Assembly (NCBI GenBank): GCA_013265495.1
Contig: MU058532.1
Span: forward strand, 221,902 to 246,317
Source of the DNA: Vicugna vicugna
Taxonomy: Eukaryota
DNA: 24,416 nt
Direction: 5' to 3'
Shown here: one piece after another, positions 11,155 through 22,774 of the stretch
Numbering within the stretch: position 1 is the first letter of the stretch
Layout: each line of letters opens with the position of its first letter
Made by a program: the position numbers and the translations under genes
Notes under the pieces: model-generated
Seen by the model: only the letters and a program-made list of their open reading frames with translations
What the model was told of the DNA's origin: nothing
Databases searched by the model: none

Positions 11155-11603
11155 TGTAACTGAGCAGGACCCTGTGGGGCCTTCCTGGGGGAGACCCCTC
11201 CTCTATGTCCTCTCCTGCAGCCCCTCTCTGAAGCACCCAGATCATAGTGTCTCATGTATGTTTCTTGAGTTTTTCAGATACTAAAACCCACCACCAAAGA
11301 GTAGAAATTAACCCCTTGATGATCAAGAGCACATGGTCCCCAGATTTCCGGCTCCCACGGGGTGATGCTGTTGACACCCTGTTCCCTCCACATCAACCAG
11401 AGGACTGTGCAGAGCTGATCACCTACCCTGCCTTTAAATATTCTTTGCTGAAACCCTTGGAGGAATTTGGGGTTTTCCTGGGCATGAGCCACCCCGTCCT
11501 CCTCGCCCAGCCCTGCAGTAAACCTTTCTCTGCTCCAAACTCTGATGTTTTAGTTTGCTTGGCCTCAGGTTGCGTCGGGCACACGAACTTCCATTCGGCA
11601 ACA
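11155..11603 (+). mobile_element. ERV (probably ERV1 class) solo LTR
   Basis: Starts TGTAAC, ends GCAACA; TATA-like 'cctttaaata'; polyA-like 'cagtaaacctttctctgctccaaactc'; U5 end 'gggcacacgaact...ttcggcaaca'; flanks GATT/GACG match only partly. Confidence 0.8.
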
Positions 11604-11924
11604 GACGCAAGCCTGTGTCTGATCAACACAGCCTTCCCGTGCCCGGCTATACCCGCCTCCCTCTTTCCTGCTCCACCGTTTCTCAGAGCTACGTCCGTAT
11701 GCTGCCTCTTTCCCCTTGTTAAGGAAGGCGTTCTTCTGGCTTAAAATCTTGTATGCTTGTAATATTTAAAGCATAGCAACAGTGACAATGAGAGCAGCAA
11801 TGAGCAGCAATAGTAGCACTTTGAGCTTGTAAACCAGTCCTTCCCCAGAGCAGCCCAGTCTTCTCCCAAGGTCACGCGAGGGCCAGCAGGCACGGAGCTG
11901 CGTGGTTTGCTGGGGTCACGAACA

Positions 11925-12068
11925 AGGACAGCCAGGCCCAGAATCCCACCCTGTTCTACTCAAGCTGCAGATGCCTTGTTTCAGTTTCCTGACCTGTAGG
12001 ACAGGATGAGTCAATGCATTTCAACTCATCAAACATTTACTGAGTATTTACTCTATGGAAAGCCTTAT
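11925..12068. mobile_element. MIR fragment (+) followed by L2 3' tip (-)
   Basis: 'tttcagtttcctgacctgtaggacaggatga', then 'tcaactcatcaaacatttactgagtatttactctatg'. Confidence 0.6.
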
Positions 12069-13919
12069 AATTTTGATTTTCTTGATGTACATCCCATGAC
12101 TGCATCAAGGAATAAAATCACAGGCTCCCACTATAACCATCCCATTAGCACACAGACTTATAGTTATTTCAGCCCATCCTCAGAACTCACTGTGTACTCA
12201 CAAAAAAGGCTCATTTTCTAAAATAGGGAAATGCATTTTTAAGTTCCCTTTCAGTATTGGATTCATGAAGTAGACTCTATTTTCACCAATGATTTTCACC
12301 TCTGACTTTTCATGGATAAAGCACAAGCCACCAGTCTAAGGGGTCAGTGTGGGGGCTAGTTCTCGCCCAGATATATCTGGGACCAGGGAACTCACGCTGA
12401 CCAAGAAGGGTGATTTCAGCCCCTCCTCTTAGCCAAGGGCATCTTCAAGGCTACCTTCCTTGGCCATGGTCTTCAACCCTGAGCAAACAAAGGGCAAGTC
12501 AAGTGCCTCTTACCCTCCTCAGCCCTCCAGTGTTTGAAATGTGGTCACATTGTGCCTCCAGGAGAAACTCTCCTGACCATTCGTTCCACGTAAGGCCTTG
12601 TCCCAGGTCCAAGGCTGCCCTGACCACACCCTGGGCCTGTCTTTTTGCCCGCACACAGTCTAGTCCTGCCGCACATGGATGCCCCGAGGCGGCAGCTCAG
12701 CCATCCCCAGGCCCCGGGTATCGAGCAGGCGTGGCATGCAGCAGGAGTTCAGAAATGCTTGCTGTCAGTTTTGTCTGGAGCCAGGTGGTGGTGGGGCTGC
12801 TGTTAGGACTGTCTCTGCCACTGAGCTGAAGGCTATGGCTTTTCCAACCTGGTTTCCCAGAGTTCAACAGCATCCTCACCAAAAGGCAAAAGAGAAAACT
12901 GATGAAGAGGGAGGGGGTACATGAGGAGGATGGGCAGGAGGAGGGGAAATGCCATAGACACAGGGCAATGGTGGGAGAGAGGGGCACAGCACAGACACGT
13001 CTCATCTGCCCCTGGGCTGCCCCTTGCTGGAAAACCCTCTCGCTGAAGATGAGAGTTGAGAAGTGTCCATCTCACTAGCCACCCAGTGGGCACATGATGA
13101 AGTGTCAACCTGCCAGGGCCAAACGATCCCATGGCATCAGAAGCCCCCCATCCCCCCACCCTTTAACCATGTGCTGTCCTTAAGGGTCCTTGAGTGGCAT
13201 GTCCTTGAAGGGCAAGTCAGGTGGCGTGTGTCCCATCACTGGCCTCACAGGAATGTGACCGGCTCCTCCAGTCTAAAGGCTTCCCCAGCATCCTTGGTGT
13301 CTTTTATTTCTCAGCTCATAAGTCACATGCTCCAGCTAACCTTGCCTCCATCTGTTGGAGACGTGTGTGTAACCCACCTGCAGGAGACTGGTTCTCATGT
13401 GAAGGATTTTGAGATGGTCAGGAGAAAATAGGGAATTAAAGAGATTTTTTTTTAATAGTAGAGATTTTTAATGCAATCACTTCCTTGATTCTGACTTTCT
13501 CGACCTGTTGGAAGAGCAGCTGTCTGAGTGTTAACCAGGTTCCCAGAAGAGCGGCTTTCTGGAGGGGATCACAGCACACATCATCTGTCTGCCCCATCCT
13601 GTTTCAACCACCCTGAAACTGGGTGGACTAGTCAGGCAGTTCCCAGGGGACAAAGTGACCCTGATGAAAGCCATTTCCTTCAGAGCAGGGGGGTGGGAGG
13701 AGGAGGACAGATTTTCCCTTAGTTTTTTATCTGGTTTTCTCAGCAGGTATGGAAAATCTGCTTGTTACCATTTTCAAATAATTGATGGGACAGGACATGG
13801 CTGAAGAGACGGGGTGAGGGGTGGGCGTGGGGGGCAAGGAAGGCCAGCCTCACATTGGGGGAGCACTGCATCTCCGTCCTGGTGCCCACTCACCAGGTCA
13901 GCAGCGCTGGGAAAGAGCA

Positions 13920-14453
13920 TGTCCAAATGTAGGTTTCATTCTTACTCAGGTACTGTGAGGCCAACAGATCAGGAGGTGACTGCCATTGAAAAAAGAGCTT
14001 GTTACCCACAGGTCCCAGGAGGAGGGAGCACTGCGCCATTGGGGGAGGACCACATGGGGAAGCTCCAGGGCCAGTGATGGGGGGAGGAGGGGCAGAAGGG
14101 CAAGAGCCTTTACTGGGGTTTCTGGGGGAAGGAACAGGTGAGGCAGAGTCATCAAGCTCAGGATTGGCTAATTTTAATCATTTCAGGGCTCTGGGGTGGA
14201 GGGCTGTCCCTAGTGGTCTGAAACCTGGGCCTGGTGACTAGGGCAGGGGGACAGTGAGAGAGTCCCATGGAGGAGGTGGGGGAAGGGGGGCTCTGGATTG
14301 GCTGATTTGCCTGTGAAAGCGGCGCTCTCAGGTGAGAGGTTCACAGTCTCTAGAAACTAGCCAACCTGCAGAGGGACAGTCTCTTCCCGGATCAAAAAGC
14401 CCCCAAGAAGTCAAAGCACCAGAATAAAAAAAAGAGGAGACATGAGTCATACG
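13920..14453 (-). mobile_element. ERVL LTR, MER74-like
   Basis: 'tgaggccaacagatcaggaggtgactgccattgaaaa', 'gggcaagagcctttactggggtttc', 'gggctgtccctagtggtctg', 'gggctctggattggctgatttgc' match the recalled MER74 reverse complement along its length. Confidence 0.85.
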
Positions 14454-16367
14454 GAAAGGCAGGCTTTTTGATGGCATCTCTGAGATAAAATACAAACTGA
14501 CCAAAACGTTCCTGAAAATCCCAAGTCAGCCTGCTTTTCCATCTGAAAAACTTCATTCACCTTATTTCCTCCTTCCCTTTCATCACTTTTGACTATGCAG
14601 AAATCCTGCAGTGGGGAAGTCCAGGACAAGCAGGAAGAAGTCCTTTGTTGGCTGTTTTTTTGCCACCGTGAAAGAGAAATGAGCTCCATGTGGGTGTGGG
14701 TGCATCACCATGCTGAAATCTGTCTTAGCTCTGATGGGCACTTGGGAGACATCCAGCCACAGTGCATCTCCACTCTGTGTGTGCGAGTGGCGCTCTGGCC
14801 ACACTTCTGCTAAGTTTCCCTGAGATTCCGGAGTGATGGGTTTCTCAGGGAAGGGTTACAGCCTTCCTTGGCCACGCCACTTCACATCTTTCTGAAAGAT
14901 TGAGCCCAGGAGAGTCAGCAGGGTCCACCGAGCCTTGAGCTAAAGCGTCACCGGTGACGACTGCAGTACAGCTCGATGCGACATCCCCACCTATGCATGA
15001 CATTCAAGGATGGCTGCCCTAGCAATTCATTTTCCTCCAGGACAGAGGAGCTCAGCTAAGTCCATGACTCTGTAGCCTGTTTTTTTTGCTGTGTAAATGC
15101 TAGAATCAAGCAGCAGAGTTGATCTTTGGTTGGTTTCACTTTGCAGGTGGAGGTAAACACCAAAATTCAAAGCCACAGCCAGAACCATACACAGCAGCTG
15201 CACTGCACCATCTGACCCTTTAGGGGAAGACTGTATGGAGAAACGCTTGCCCACAGAAAAGGCTGACTGAAGGGCCTGGGGATGGTCACTGAAAGCATTC
15301 CTGTCCCCATTGCATTGCTGGAAACATGGCTTCTAAAGGCCTTTGTGTGCTCCAGAGAAAATAAGCCTTCATTTCCTAGCCCCCGGTTCTCCCCAGCCTC
15401 TCCCAGTTGGGTGATGCAACGCTCCCCTGCTGTGAACAAACTTCAACCCGTTCTACGCTCTGGTTAGTCCATGTTTCGATAAGTGTAATGATTAAACTGC
15501 CTCCTGTAACAAACAAGGCCATGGGCATGTAAGCATTGGAGTGAATACGTTGGAAAAATCTGTAGATAGACACAGATACGTGAAGTACATCCCTAAGAAG
15601 AAGAGCACAGAGGTGGTAAAGATGTAGAGAAAAGATGACCAAGAGGCTCCAGCAGAGATGTTCCCCGCTGGGAGCTGGACCATCCCAGGTAAGCACACCT
15701 GCATCTTCAGTGCGGCCAGCTGGGGCTTACCTGGGAGGGCTGGGGCCCTGTTCACTGCCCAGCCTTGCCTACACCTGTGGTCATGCCAAGCTGCTGTCCG
15801 TGTTCTAGACCCCATAGCCCAAGGTCAGAACCCAGGCCCTTGTCTCCGTGGCCCTGGCAGTGCCTGGTCCAGGACAGCCCTGGCTGTCTACCACCTCCCA
15901 CATCCCATATCCCTGTCGCAAATTCTGTCATCAGACTTTTTTAACTGGTCCCCTCCTTCCCTATACACTGCGCATCTCCCTCACTGCCCCTGCGCCGTAA
16001 GGTCCTTTCCATTACTGCTTTGCAAATTTTCAGTGTCTTCCCAAATACCCACCTTCCTTCTTAGTTTAAATTCTCACTCGTCCGGTCCTTCTACTTTGAA
16101 AGCTGACACATCTCAGTCCAGTTTTGGTGGCTCGTCTCAGCGCAGAGCTGCTCTCCACCATCAGGTTTTTCTTGCCATGGCAGCTCAATTGCAAGTCATT
16201 CTTTGGCATCTTTGAGGCCAAAGGTGGCTGGGGGAACAGTGCAGTTAGAGAGGATGACTCACAGCCCCACCTCTTTCCTCTCGGCTGTGTCACTGTTTAA
16301 GCGACAAACACCATCATGTGTGTGCAGTGTACTGGGGGCCTGAGTGAAACGGACATTCCTTCAGGCT

Positions 16368-16680
16368 TCCAAACTTTTGCATACAGCGTGTTCTCGGCCC
16401 CAAATGCCCTTTTTAACCTCTTAACTAGCCCAGCCCCTCTTGATTGTTCAAGTTCTGTTTCATTTTAATACGCAGCTGACATTGCAATTCCTGTGTGAAG
16501 ACCGCTTCCCTGCCTCCTCCCAGGCAGCCACCGCCTACTGTGCGGTCCCCTGAGGCCCTGTCCATGCTTCTAGGCCTTCTTGGTCTATCTTGACTGTCAT
16601 TGTGCACGTGCCCCCCTCGCCCCAGCTGGGCTCGGTCGCTCTGCACCCCTAGAGCTTTCCTTCCTTAGTGCGCTGAACAC
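16368..16680 (+). mobile_element. L2 3' region, degenerate
   Basis: 'acttttgcatacagcgtgttctcggccccaaatgccct' and 'cagctgacattgcaattcctgtgtgaagaccgcttccctgcctcctcccaggc'. Confidence 0.5.
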
Positions 16681-16784
16681 CATAGTCCTTGATCCCTGAT
16701 TACTGGGCCCATGGATGGAGACAGAAAGCGATGACTATCAGTGGTGTGTGTCTGTGTGCTTGGGAGGGTGTGGGGCAGTAAAGA

Positions 16785-16970
16785 CAGGCTGACTTCACCC
16801 TCTGGGCCTCAGTTTCCTCATCTGTAAAATAGCAGTGATGATAGCAAGGGTTTCAGCTATGCCGTGGTGAGGGGGTGAGAACTAAGTGAGTTATACGCTA
16901 AGCCACTGAAATCAGGGCCTGGAGCTGGCACTTAATAAATGTTCAGTAAAAACACTTAACTGTCATTATC
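16785..16970 (+). mobile_element. MIR SINE
   Basis: Near-consensus core 'ccctctgggcctcagtttcctcatctgtaaaatagcagtgatgatag' and 3' 'gcacttaataaatgtt'. Confidence 0.9.
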
Positions 16971-17244
16971 CTAGAGAGACAGGTGAGACTCCAGTGAGCG
17001 ACTTGGATTACTTAATGTACATAGGAGGAGTACGAGTGGCATCTTAAAAATCTAAGGCTCACTTACTGATCATTTCAACGTTTCTTTTTTCAAATTGTCA
17101 TGTAGTGCCCCTCACCTCCCTCCTGCCCTTTCTCCAGTGCTGAAATGATCACAAGGGGGACAGGGTGGGCTCGGGGGGGGGGTCAAAGTAAATCCAGATT
17201 CAGAATAATGGACAAGCTGTTTGGTCAGCCCCTGAGTTACGGAC

Positions 17245-17443
17245 ACTGTAAGGAACAGGGCACAGAATGGGGTGAACAAGGCTCAGGTCGGAAGCCCCCT
17301 TTCAATCCCTGCTCCACAACCAAATGTGCATTGTGACGTAGGCAACCTTCTCCATTCCTTCCAACCTCAGTGTTCTCATCTCTGAAATGGGGATGAGGAA
17401 ACTAGAGAGACCTCTTCAGTCTCTTTAACTCTAAAAGAGATCT
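17245..17443 (+). mobile_element. MIR3-like SINE; its 3' tip reappears at about 17780-17800
   Basis: 'acctcagtgttctcatctctgaaatggggatga', then 'actagagagacctcttcagtctctttaactctaaaa', and 'cttatgattcta' after the SINE pair. Confidence 0.7.
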
Positions 17444-17448
17444 GGAGA

Positions 17449-17610
17449 GGGGAGGGTAGAGCTCAGTGGTAGAGCACATGCTTAGCATGTGCATGAGGTC
17501 CTGTGTTCAATCCTCAGTCCTTCCATCAAATAAATAAATAAATAAACCTAATTACTCCCCCTGAAAAAAAAAGTTTAAAAAACTATGCTTATAAAAAATA
17601 AAAATAAATA
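17449..17610 (+). mobile_element. tRNA-Ala-derived SINE (camelid Vic-1 type), copy 1
   Basis: GGGGAGGGTAGAGCTCAGTGGTAGAGC (A box), GTGTTCAATCC (B-box variant), then (AAAT)n, 'aaacctaattactcccc' and an A-rich tail. Confidence 0.9.
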
Positions 17611-17622
17611 AAAGAGAGCCAA

Positions 17623-17775
17623 GGGGTGGGTATAGCTCAGTGGTAGAGTGCATGTTTAACATGCATGAGGCCCTGGGTTAATGCATGCGGTCCTGGGTTC
17701 AATCCCCAGTACCTCCATTTAAAAAAAAAAAGTAAATTAAAAAAAAAAAGAAAATGCAATTGATTCAAAAAATAA
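17623..17775 (+). mobile_element. tRNA-Ala-derived SINE (camelid Vic-1 type), copy 2, with an internal 20-bp duplication
   Basis: GGGGTGGGTATAGCTCAGTGGTAGAGT...GGGTTCAATCCCCAGTACCTCC plus A tail; 17661-17680 is repeated imperfectly at 17681-17700. Confidence 0.9.
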
Positions 17776-18118
17776 AAGGAATCTTATGATTCTAATTCTA
17801 AATGTAATTCCCCGCATGGAGTCATCTATGCTGGAAAACTAACAAAGGTTTTATTTCTTTTACCAGCAGCCACAGAGGTGAGTGAACTAGTAGAAGAAAC
17901 AAAGAAAAAATTTTGAAGAAGGAGAAGACCACCAGAAACAAACCAGAAACCAACCTTGACCTGGATGAGGCAGTATTTTTATATTATTTACAAAGCTATT
18001 CTTATTTTTGTAATAAAAATGTGTATTAGATATCATATCATATTTTATGTATGTAAACATATATGAACAGTTATATGTGTCATAAGTATGTATACATGAT
18101 AATTCTCACAAATACATC

Positions 18119-18674
18119 TTTCTATACCAATGCCATGCTGTTTTGATTACTGTAGCTCTGTAGTATTGTCTGAAGCCTGGAAGGCTTATTCCTCCAGATT
18201 CATTCTTTTTCTCCAGTATTGCTTTGGCAATTCGGGGTCTTTTGTGATTCCATATAAAGTTTAGGATTATTTGTTCTAGTTCTGTGAAAAATACCCTGTG
18301 CAACTTGATAGGGATTGAATTAAATCTGTAGACTGCTTTGGGTAATATGGCCATTTTAACAATATGAATTCTTCCAATCTAAGAACATGGATAGCTTTCC
18401 ATTTCTTTAAGTCATCTTTAGTTTCTTTAGTCAGTGTTTTGTAGTTCTCTGTATATAGGTCTTTCACTTCCTTGGTCAGATTTATTCCTAAGTATTTTTT
18501 GGATGTAATTATAAAATCAACTGTTTCTTTACTTGCCTTTTCTGATATTTCATTGTTAGTGTAAAGAAATGCAACTTATTTCTGTATGTCAATCTTATAT
18601 CCTTCAACATTGTCTAATTCTTTTATCAGCTGTAATAGCTTTTGTGTGGAGCCTTTAGGGTTTTCTACATCTAG
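18119..18674 (-). mobile_element. L1 ORF2 internal fragment, frameshifted, lacking 3' UTR and polyA
   Basis: Minus-strand ORFs KDLYTENYKTLTKE...KW and [18 protein letters not shown]...[26 protein letters not shown]...[13 protein letters not shown] are typical L1 ORF2p. Confidence 0.95.
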
Positions 18675-19532
18675 TACATCATATTAAATAAAAATCATAG
18701 CCTTGAGCATTATAAACACCCTGCACCCACTTCCCAGGAAGTAATGCATTAGACGAGTTGATGGTCTAAGAGCAGCTCCCCTGAGGTGAGGCCCTGTCAC
18801 CCTGGGAGAACTGCAGACACTTCCTTCACGACTCAGGTTTTGAATTCTCGGTCTTTGGGGTCGCAGCTGCCTAGTCTCTCCGTGGGTCTTTCGTACAGGC
18901 CAGATTTGCAGGGGGAGGGGTGGCCGCTACAGCGCCAGGTTGGTGGGGGCTGCAAAATGACTCGTATTCTTATCATGCTTCCTGCCAACCAGCTTGTTGG
19001 GTTTCCCACCCTTGTTGGGTTTCATTAAGCTTCTCCAAATCCCCCTGAGGTCGCTGGAGGAGCAAGGTGCAATTTAGCCCTGAGCAGGAGTTACAGTTGG
19101 GGTCGGGGACAAAGAAGTGGCCATCGTGCTGCTATCACTAGCAGCAAAGAACGGACTGGCCTGCAGGCCTTTGACATCTCGGAGTACACAGCTGCATCCC
19201 AGGAGCCACCAAGCCACCCCTGCCCATGAGGATGACTCATGCAGAAATGGAGCTCCCTGCTCAGGGTCCTGCGTGTGCCTTGGAAACCAACTCAGATTCT
19301 GGGGTCACATGACCTCTTAATCATTGGAAAGAAAAAGTCTTTTGATTTTTTTCAATTTAAACGAGGTTAACCACATTTTGATGTCCCCAAACCAGATAGA
19401 AGTACATGTCTGAAATTTTCCATGTTTGAGGATGGTTGATTTGGAAAGTTCCAAGTCTGTGAGAAATTGTTTTTGGAAAGTGTCTCCCAGCTAAGAGGCA
19501 GTAGGAATTGTAGCTGCAAATCTCCCTTGCCA

Positions 19533-19965
19533 TTTTTAAAATTGTGGTTATATGTATATATATAACATAAAATGTACCATTTTAATCACTTTTAACTATA
19601 CAGTTCAGTGGCATTCATTGCTGTGCAACCATCACCACATCTATCTCCAGAATTCTTTTTATCTTGCAAAACTGAAACTCTGTCCCTTAAACAGTAACTC
19701 CCACTCCCTCACCCCCAACCCCTGGCAACCACCATTCTACTTTCTGTCTCTATAAACTGGACTGTTCTAGTTGCCTCATATGACTGGAATCACTCAGTAT
19801 TTGTGTCTTTGTGACCAGCTTATTTTATTGAGCATGGTGTCTTCCAGGTTTACCCACGATGTAGCGAGCATCAGAATTTCCTCCCTTTTAAGGCTAAATA
19901 ATATTCCAATAGATATACCAGAGTTTATCTATTCATCCATCAGTGGACATTTGGGTCACTTCTCT
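19533..19965 (-). mobile_element. L1MB-type 3' end (L1MB3-like)
   Basis: 'acataaaatgtaccattttaatcac', 'gtgcaaccatcaccacatctatctccagaa', 'cccctggcaaccaccattctactttctgtctcta', 'aaggctaaataatattcca'. Confidence 0.9.
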
Positions 19966-20182
19966 TGCAATTTTAAATCAGATATTTCCCATTCGCCTTA
20001 TTTCCTTTCAAATGGAAATTTCAGAGAGCTTTGTTGCAATAGCACTTAAGGTATCAGTCAGCTGGTTATGGTTCTTAGTCTCTGTCCTGTTCCAAACATT
20101 ACCACTTTTATCTTACACATCACTTTCTATCTTCAGATGTACCCTAGATTACCCACTTATTTTATATACAATTACTTGTAGT

Positions 20183-20411
20183 GTTTTTTTTTTTTTTAAT
20201 TGAAGTACAGTTACAATATGTCAATATCTGGTGTGCAACACAATGTCCCGGTCATACATACATACACATATATTCGCTATCGTATTCTTTTTCATTAAAG
20301 GTTCTTACAAGATATTGAACATAGTTCCCTGTGCTATACAGCGGAAACTTTTAAAATCTGTTTTTATATATAGTGACTAACATTTGTAAATCTCAAACTT
20401 CCAAATTTATT
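20183..20411 (-). mobile_element. Young L1 3' UTR tip with polyA (poly-T on +)
   Basis: T run then 'aattgaagtacagttacaatatgtcaatatctggtgt...gatattgaacatagttccctgtgctataca'; homologous to 6195-6400. Confidence 0.88.
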
Positions 20412-20449
20412 TCAAAGCGTGTCTTTCATAAAGAAAGTGTTCTGTGAAT

Positions 20450-20630
20450 GGAGGCATTACTACAAAGCTAATGAAGTAAAACCTGGGTCCCTCACGCACG
20501 TGAACCCTTTTCAAGGTCCTGGGAGGGGCCCTGGTAGTTTTGCAACTGTAACTTTGTATTATTTTTCTTAATGAGGGTCCCTCAAGTTTTACAACTTCAA
20601 ACCCTTCAAAATCTGGCTTTGCTGTGTCTG
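20450..20630 (+). mobile_element. Short hAT-Tip100 non-autonomous DNA transposon (Zaphod/MER115-related)
   Basis: 5' 'aagctaatgaag...ccctcac...ttcaaggtcctgggaggggccct' joined to 3' 'tttgtattatttttcttaatgagggtccc...cttcaaacccttcaaaatctgg' resemble both recalled Zaphod/MER115 termini. Confidence 0.7.
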
Positions 20631-21689
20631 TGAGTCAGAACAGAGCGGAAAGCGGGGAGCCGGAGTCGCTCTCCTCAGGGATTTCTAAAGGTTTTCTCCT
20701 CTGACAAATGGGAGAACACTAGCCGTCAAGTCGCTGGTTCCCCCTCCTACCACCCAACCTGCTACCCGCCCATTTCCCTCTCCAAATCCTTCCCACTGCT
20801 AAGGACATTTCTGAAAACAGATTTGCTCAGCAAAAGGGAAACAACAAAACTGGGATGGTCGCCTCAGTTGAGATGCGAATCTGTTGCTGTGTTTTAAAAC
20901 CTTGCTTCATTTTTCCTAAAGTCACCCCCACTCTAGGTGTCCTCCCTACCATGTCCCGGGGGTCTCGCCCCGCCCCTCCTGTCTGTGCCTATTGTGCATG
21001 TGCACACATCACCCTGATAGGTCCACACGTGTGCTGCTCTCAGCCCTTAGAGACCCAAAGAGAAATCAGATTGCTTGTGCAGAGAGAAACTGGGTCCTGA
21101 GCAACAAACCGAAGGGTAATCTATGTGCACTTTTAATGTCCTTCCCTCCCTTTTAGCATCACCCTCCAACCCAGACCCACTCCTAGAACAACGGGAAACA
21201 AAAGCCCCTGCCCCTTGGCCCTGTTAGTTTCCTCCAGACAGTTGGGCTCTTAAGGAAGAGGGGAGAGCAGCTGGCAGGGGATCAAGTGCTGGGGGGGGTG
21301 GGGGAGGGAGAGAAAGCCCCCTAAGAGATAGAGGCTGGATTTTGGTGACAGATCCTCATAACCACCGCCTTCAGAGAGAAGGAAGGGCAGATGATAAAAA
21401 TCCATATTTTTACTGAATAAAACACGACCAGATTCACTTGAGGGTGGAGCAGCGAGTGAGTCCTTGGTGGGTCTGTACACTGAGGCACGTCTCACACAGA
21501 TCTCTGGAGTTGCTCCGAGCTGCCCCAGAGGTATCATGCCCTGGTGCTGATTTTCAGAGTTGGGTGCTGTTACCCCAGCATTAACTCCCAGAGAGAACCC
21601 AAAAGCCATATTGAGAAGGGCTCCTCTAGACCCAAAAACTGAACAGAAATGGTCTTTCTTAGGAAAAGAAAATGACATTCAACTCTGCT

Positions 21690-22263
21690 TTATTACCTTG
21701 AAAAATTTTAAATACAACATACATCGAGAAATCATATCATAAATATACAGTTTGATTGATATTCACAAGGTCAATTTAGCAGGGAAACCAGAACAAGATA
21801 CAGAAATGTAACCAAGAAAGAGAACCCAGAGCCCTCCCTGGCCCTCTCCCACTCACTTCCTCCTTCCCTACCACCAGCCTGAGGTAATCATGACCCTAAC
21901 TTCCAACACTGCAGAGTAGTTTTGCCTCTTTTTAAATTTTATCTCCATTGAGCCACACAGTGTGAAGTCTCTCATTGCTGATGTATTGTGCACATATTTT
22001 GTTTGTGAGGTTCCTCTATGTTTTACATGTAGCCATAGTTTGTCCATTTTCCTGGGTGTATAGTATTCCACTTGATGACTGTACCATGCTTTACTTGTTC
22101 ATTCTACCATTGATGAGAATTTGAATCATTTCTAGTCCTGCTACAAACATTCTTATTCATGTCTTTTGGAACATAAAGAAGCATTTGTTGGGGGAGTATT
22201 TCTAGGAGTGTGATTACTGGATCACAGGGCACCTCTAAATTCAGCTCTAATAGAAACTGCAAA
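21690..22263 (-). mobile_element. L1ME-type 3' end
   Basis: 'gaggtaatcatgaccctaacttccaacactgcagagtagttttgcctctttt', 'tatagtattccac', 'cattctaccattgatgagaatttg', 'ctaggagtgtgattactggatcacaggg'. Confidence 0.85.
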
Positions 22264-22410
22264 TCAACCAAACCAATTCGTTATGCAATGAGTTTTTGTC
22301 CAACAATACCGGGGGCATAGCACTCTTTTTGACTCTAAAGGAAATAAGAAAGGAAAGACAAGATATATCCCCACCCTCCAAGATTCATAATATTGGTCAA
22401 GGGATCCACT
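22264..22410 (-). mobile_element. L2 3' tip, degenerate
   Basis: 'aagacaagatatatccccaccctccaagattcataatattgg' resembles L2 'aagacagtccctgccctcaaggagctcacagtctag'. Confidence 0.45.
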
Positions 22411-22722
22411 TATGAAAGAGGGAAAAGATAGTACAACTTATTTGGCCACCAAATTGATGTGATTGATACCAAGTCTCAGAGGACCGAAATCACAGGTAGG
22501 AGGGAACAACCATGCCTCTTTCCGGCCAAGGATGTTGAGGACATGTCAATATAAGGAAAGGCAGGCATGGGTTTGTTGAGTTCACCCCCTTTGTTATATC
22601 TACTCTGGAAGCCCCAAAGCGCTTGTTCTTTCACTCTGTTCTTTCTCTGCAGCAACTTCGCCTTTCTGTCTCTGATTCTCACCCCACCTGTAGAAGGCCA
22701 TAGTACCCATGGACTAGGTACT

Positions 22723-22756
22723 ATAAAATAATAAAATAATAAAATAATAATAATAT
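22723..22756. repeat. AT-rich simple repeat, (AAT/AAAAT)n
   Basis: ataaaataataaaataataaaataataataatat. Confidence 0.7.
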
Positions 22757-22774
22757 AGAGAATTTTCCCTAAAG

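Noticed and set aside
17449..17716. Two tRNA-Ala genes
   Set aside because: They have A-rich SINE tails, insertions in the anticodon/variable region and disrupted stems, so they are tRNA-derived SINEs.
1911..19241. Scattered AP-1 sites TGA(C/G)TCA
   Set aside because: Dispersed, several inside repeats, and not clearly above chance for a 7-mer.
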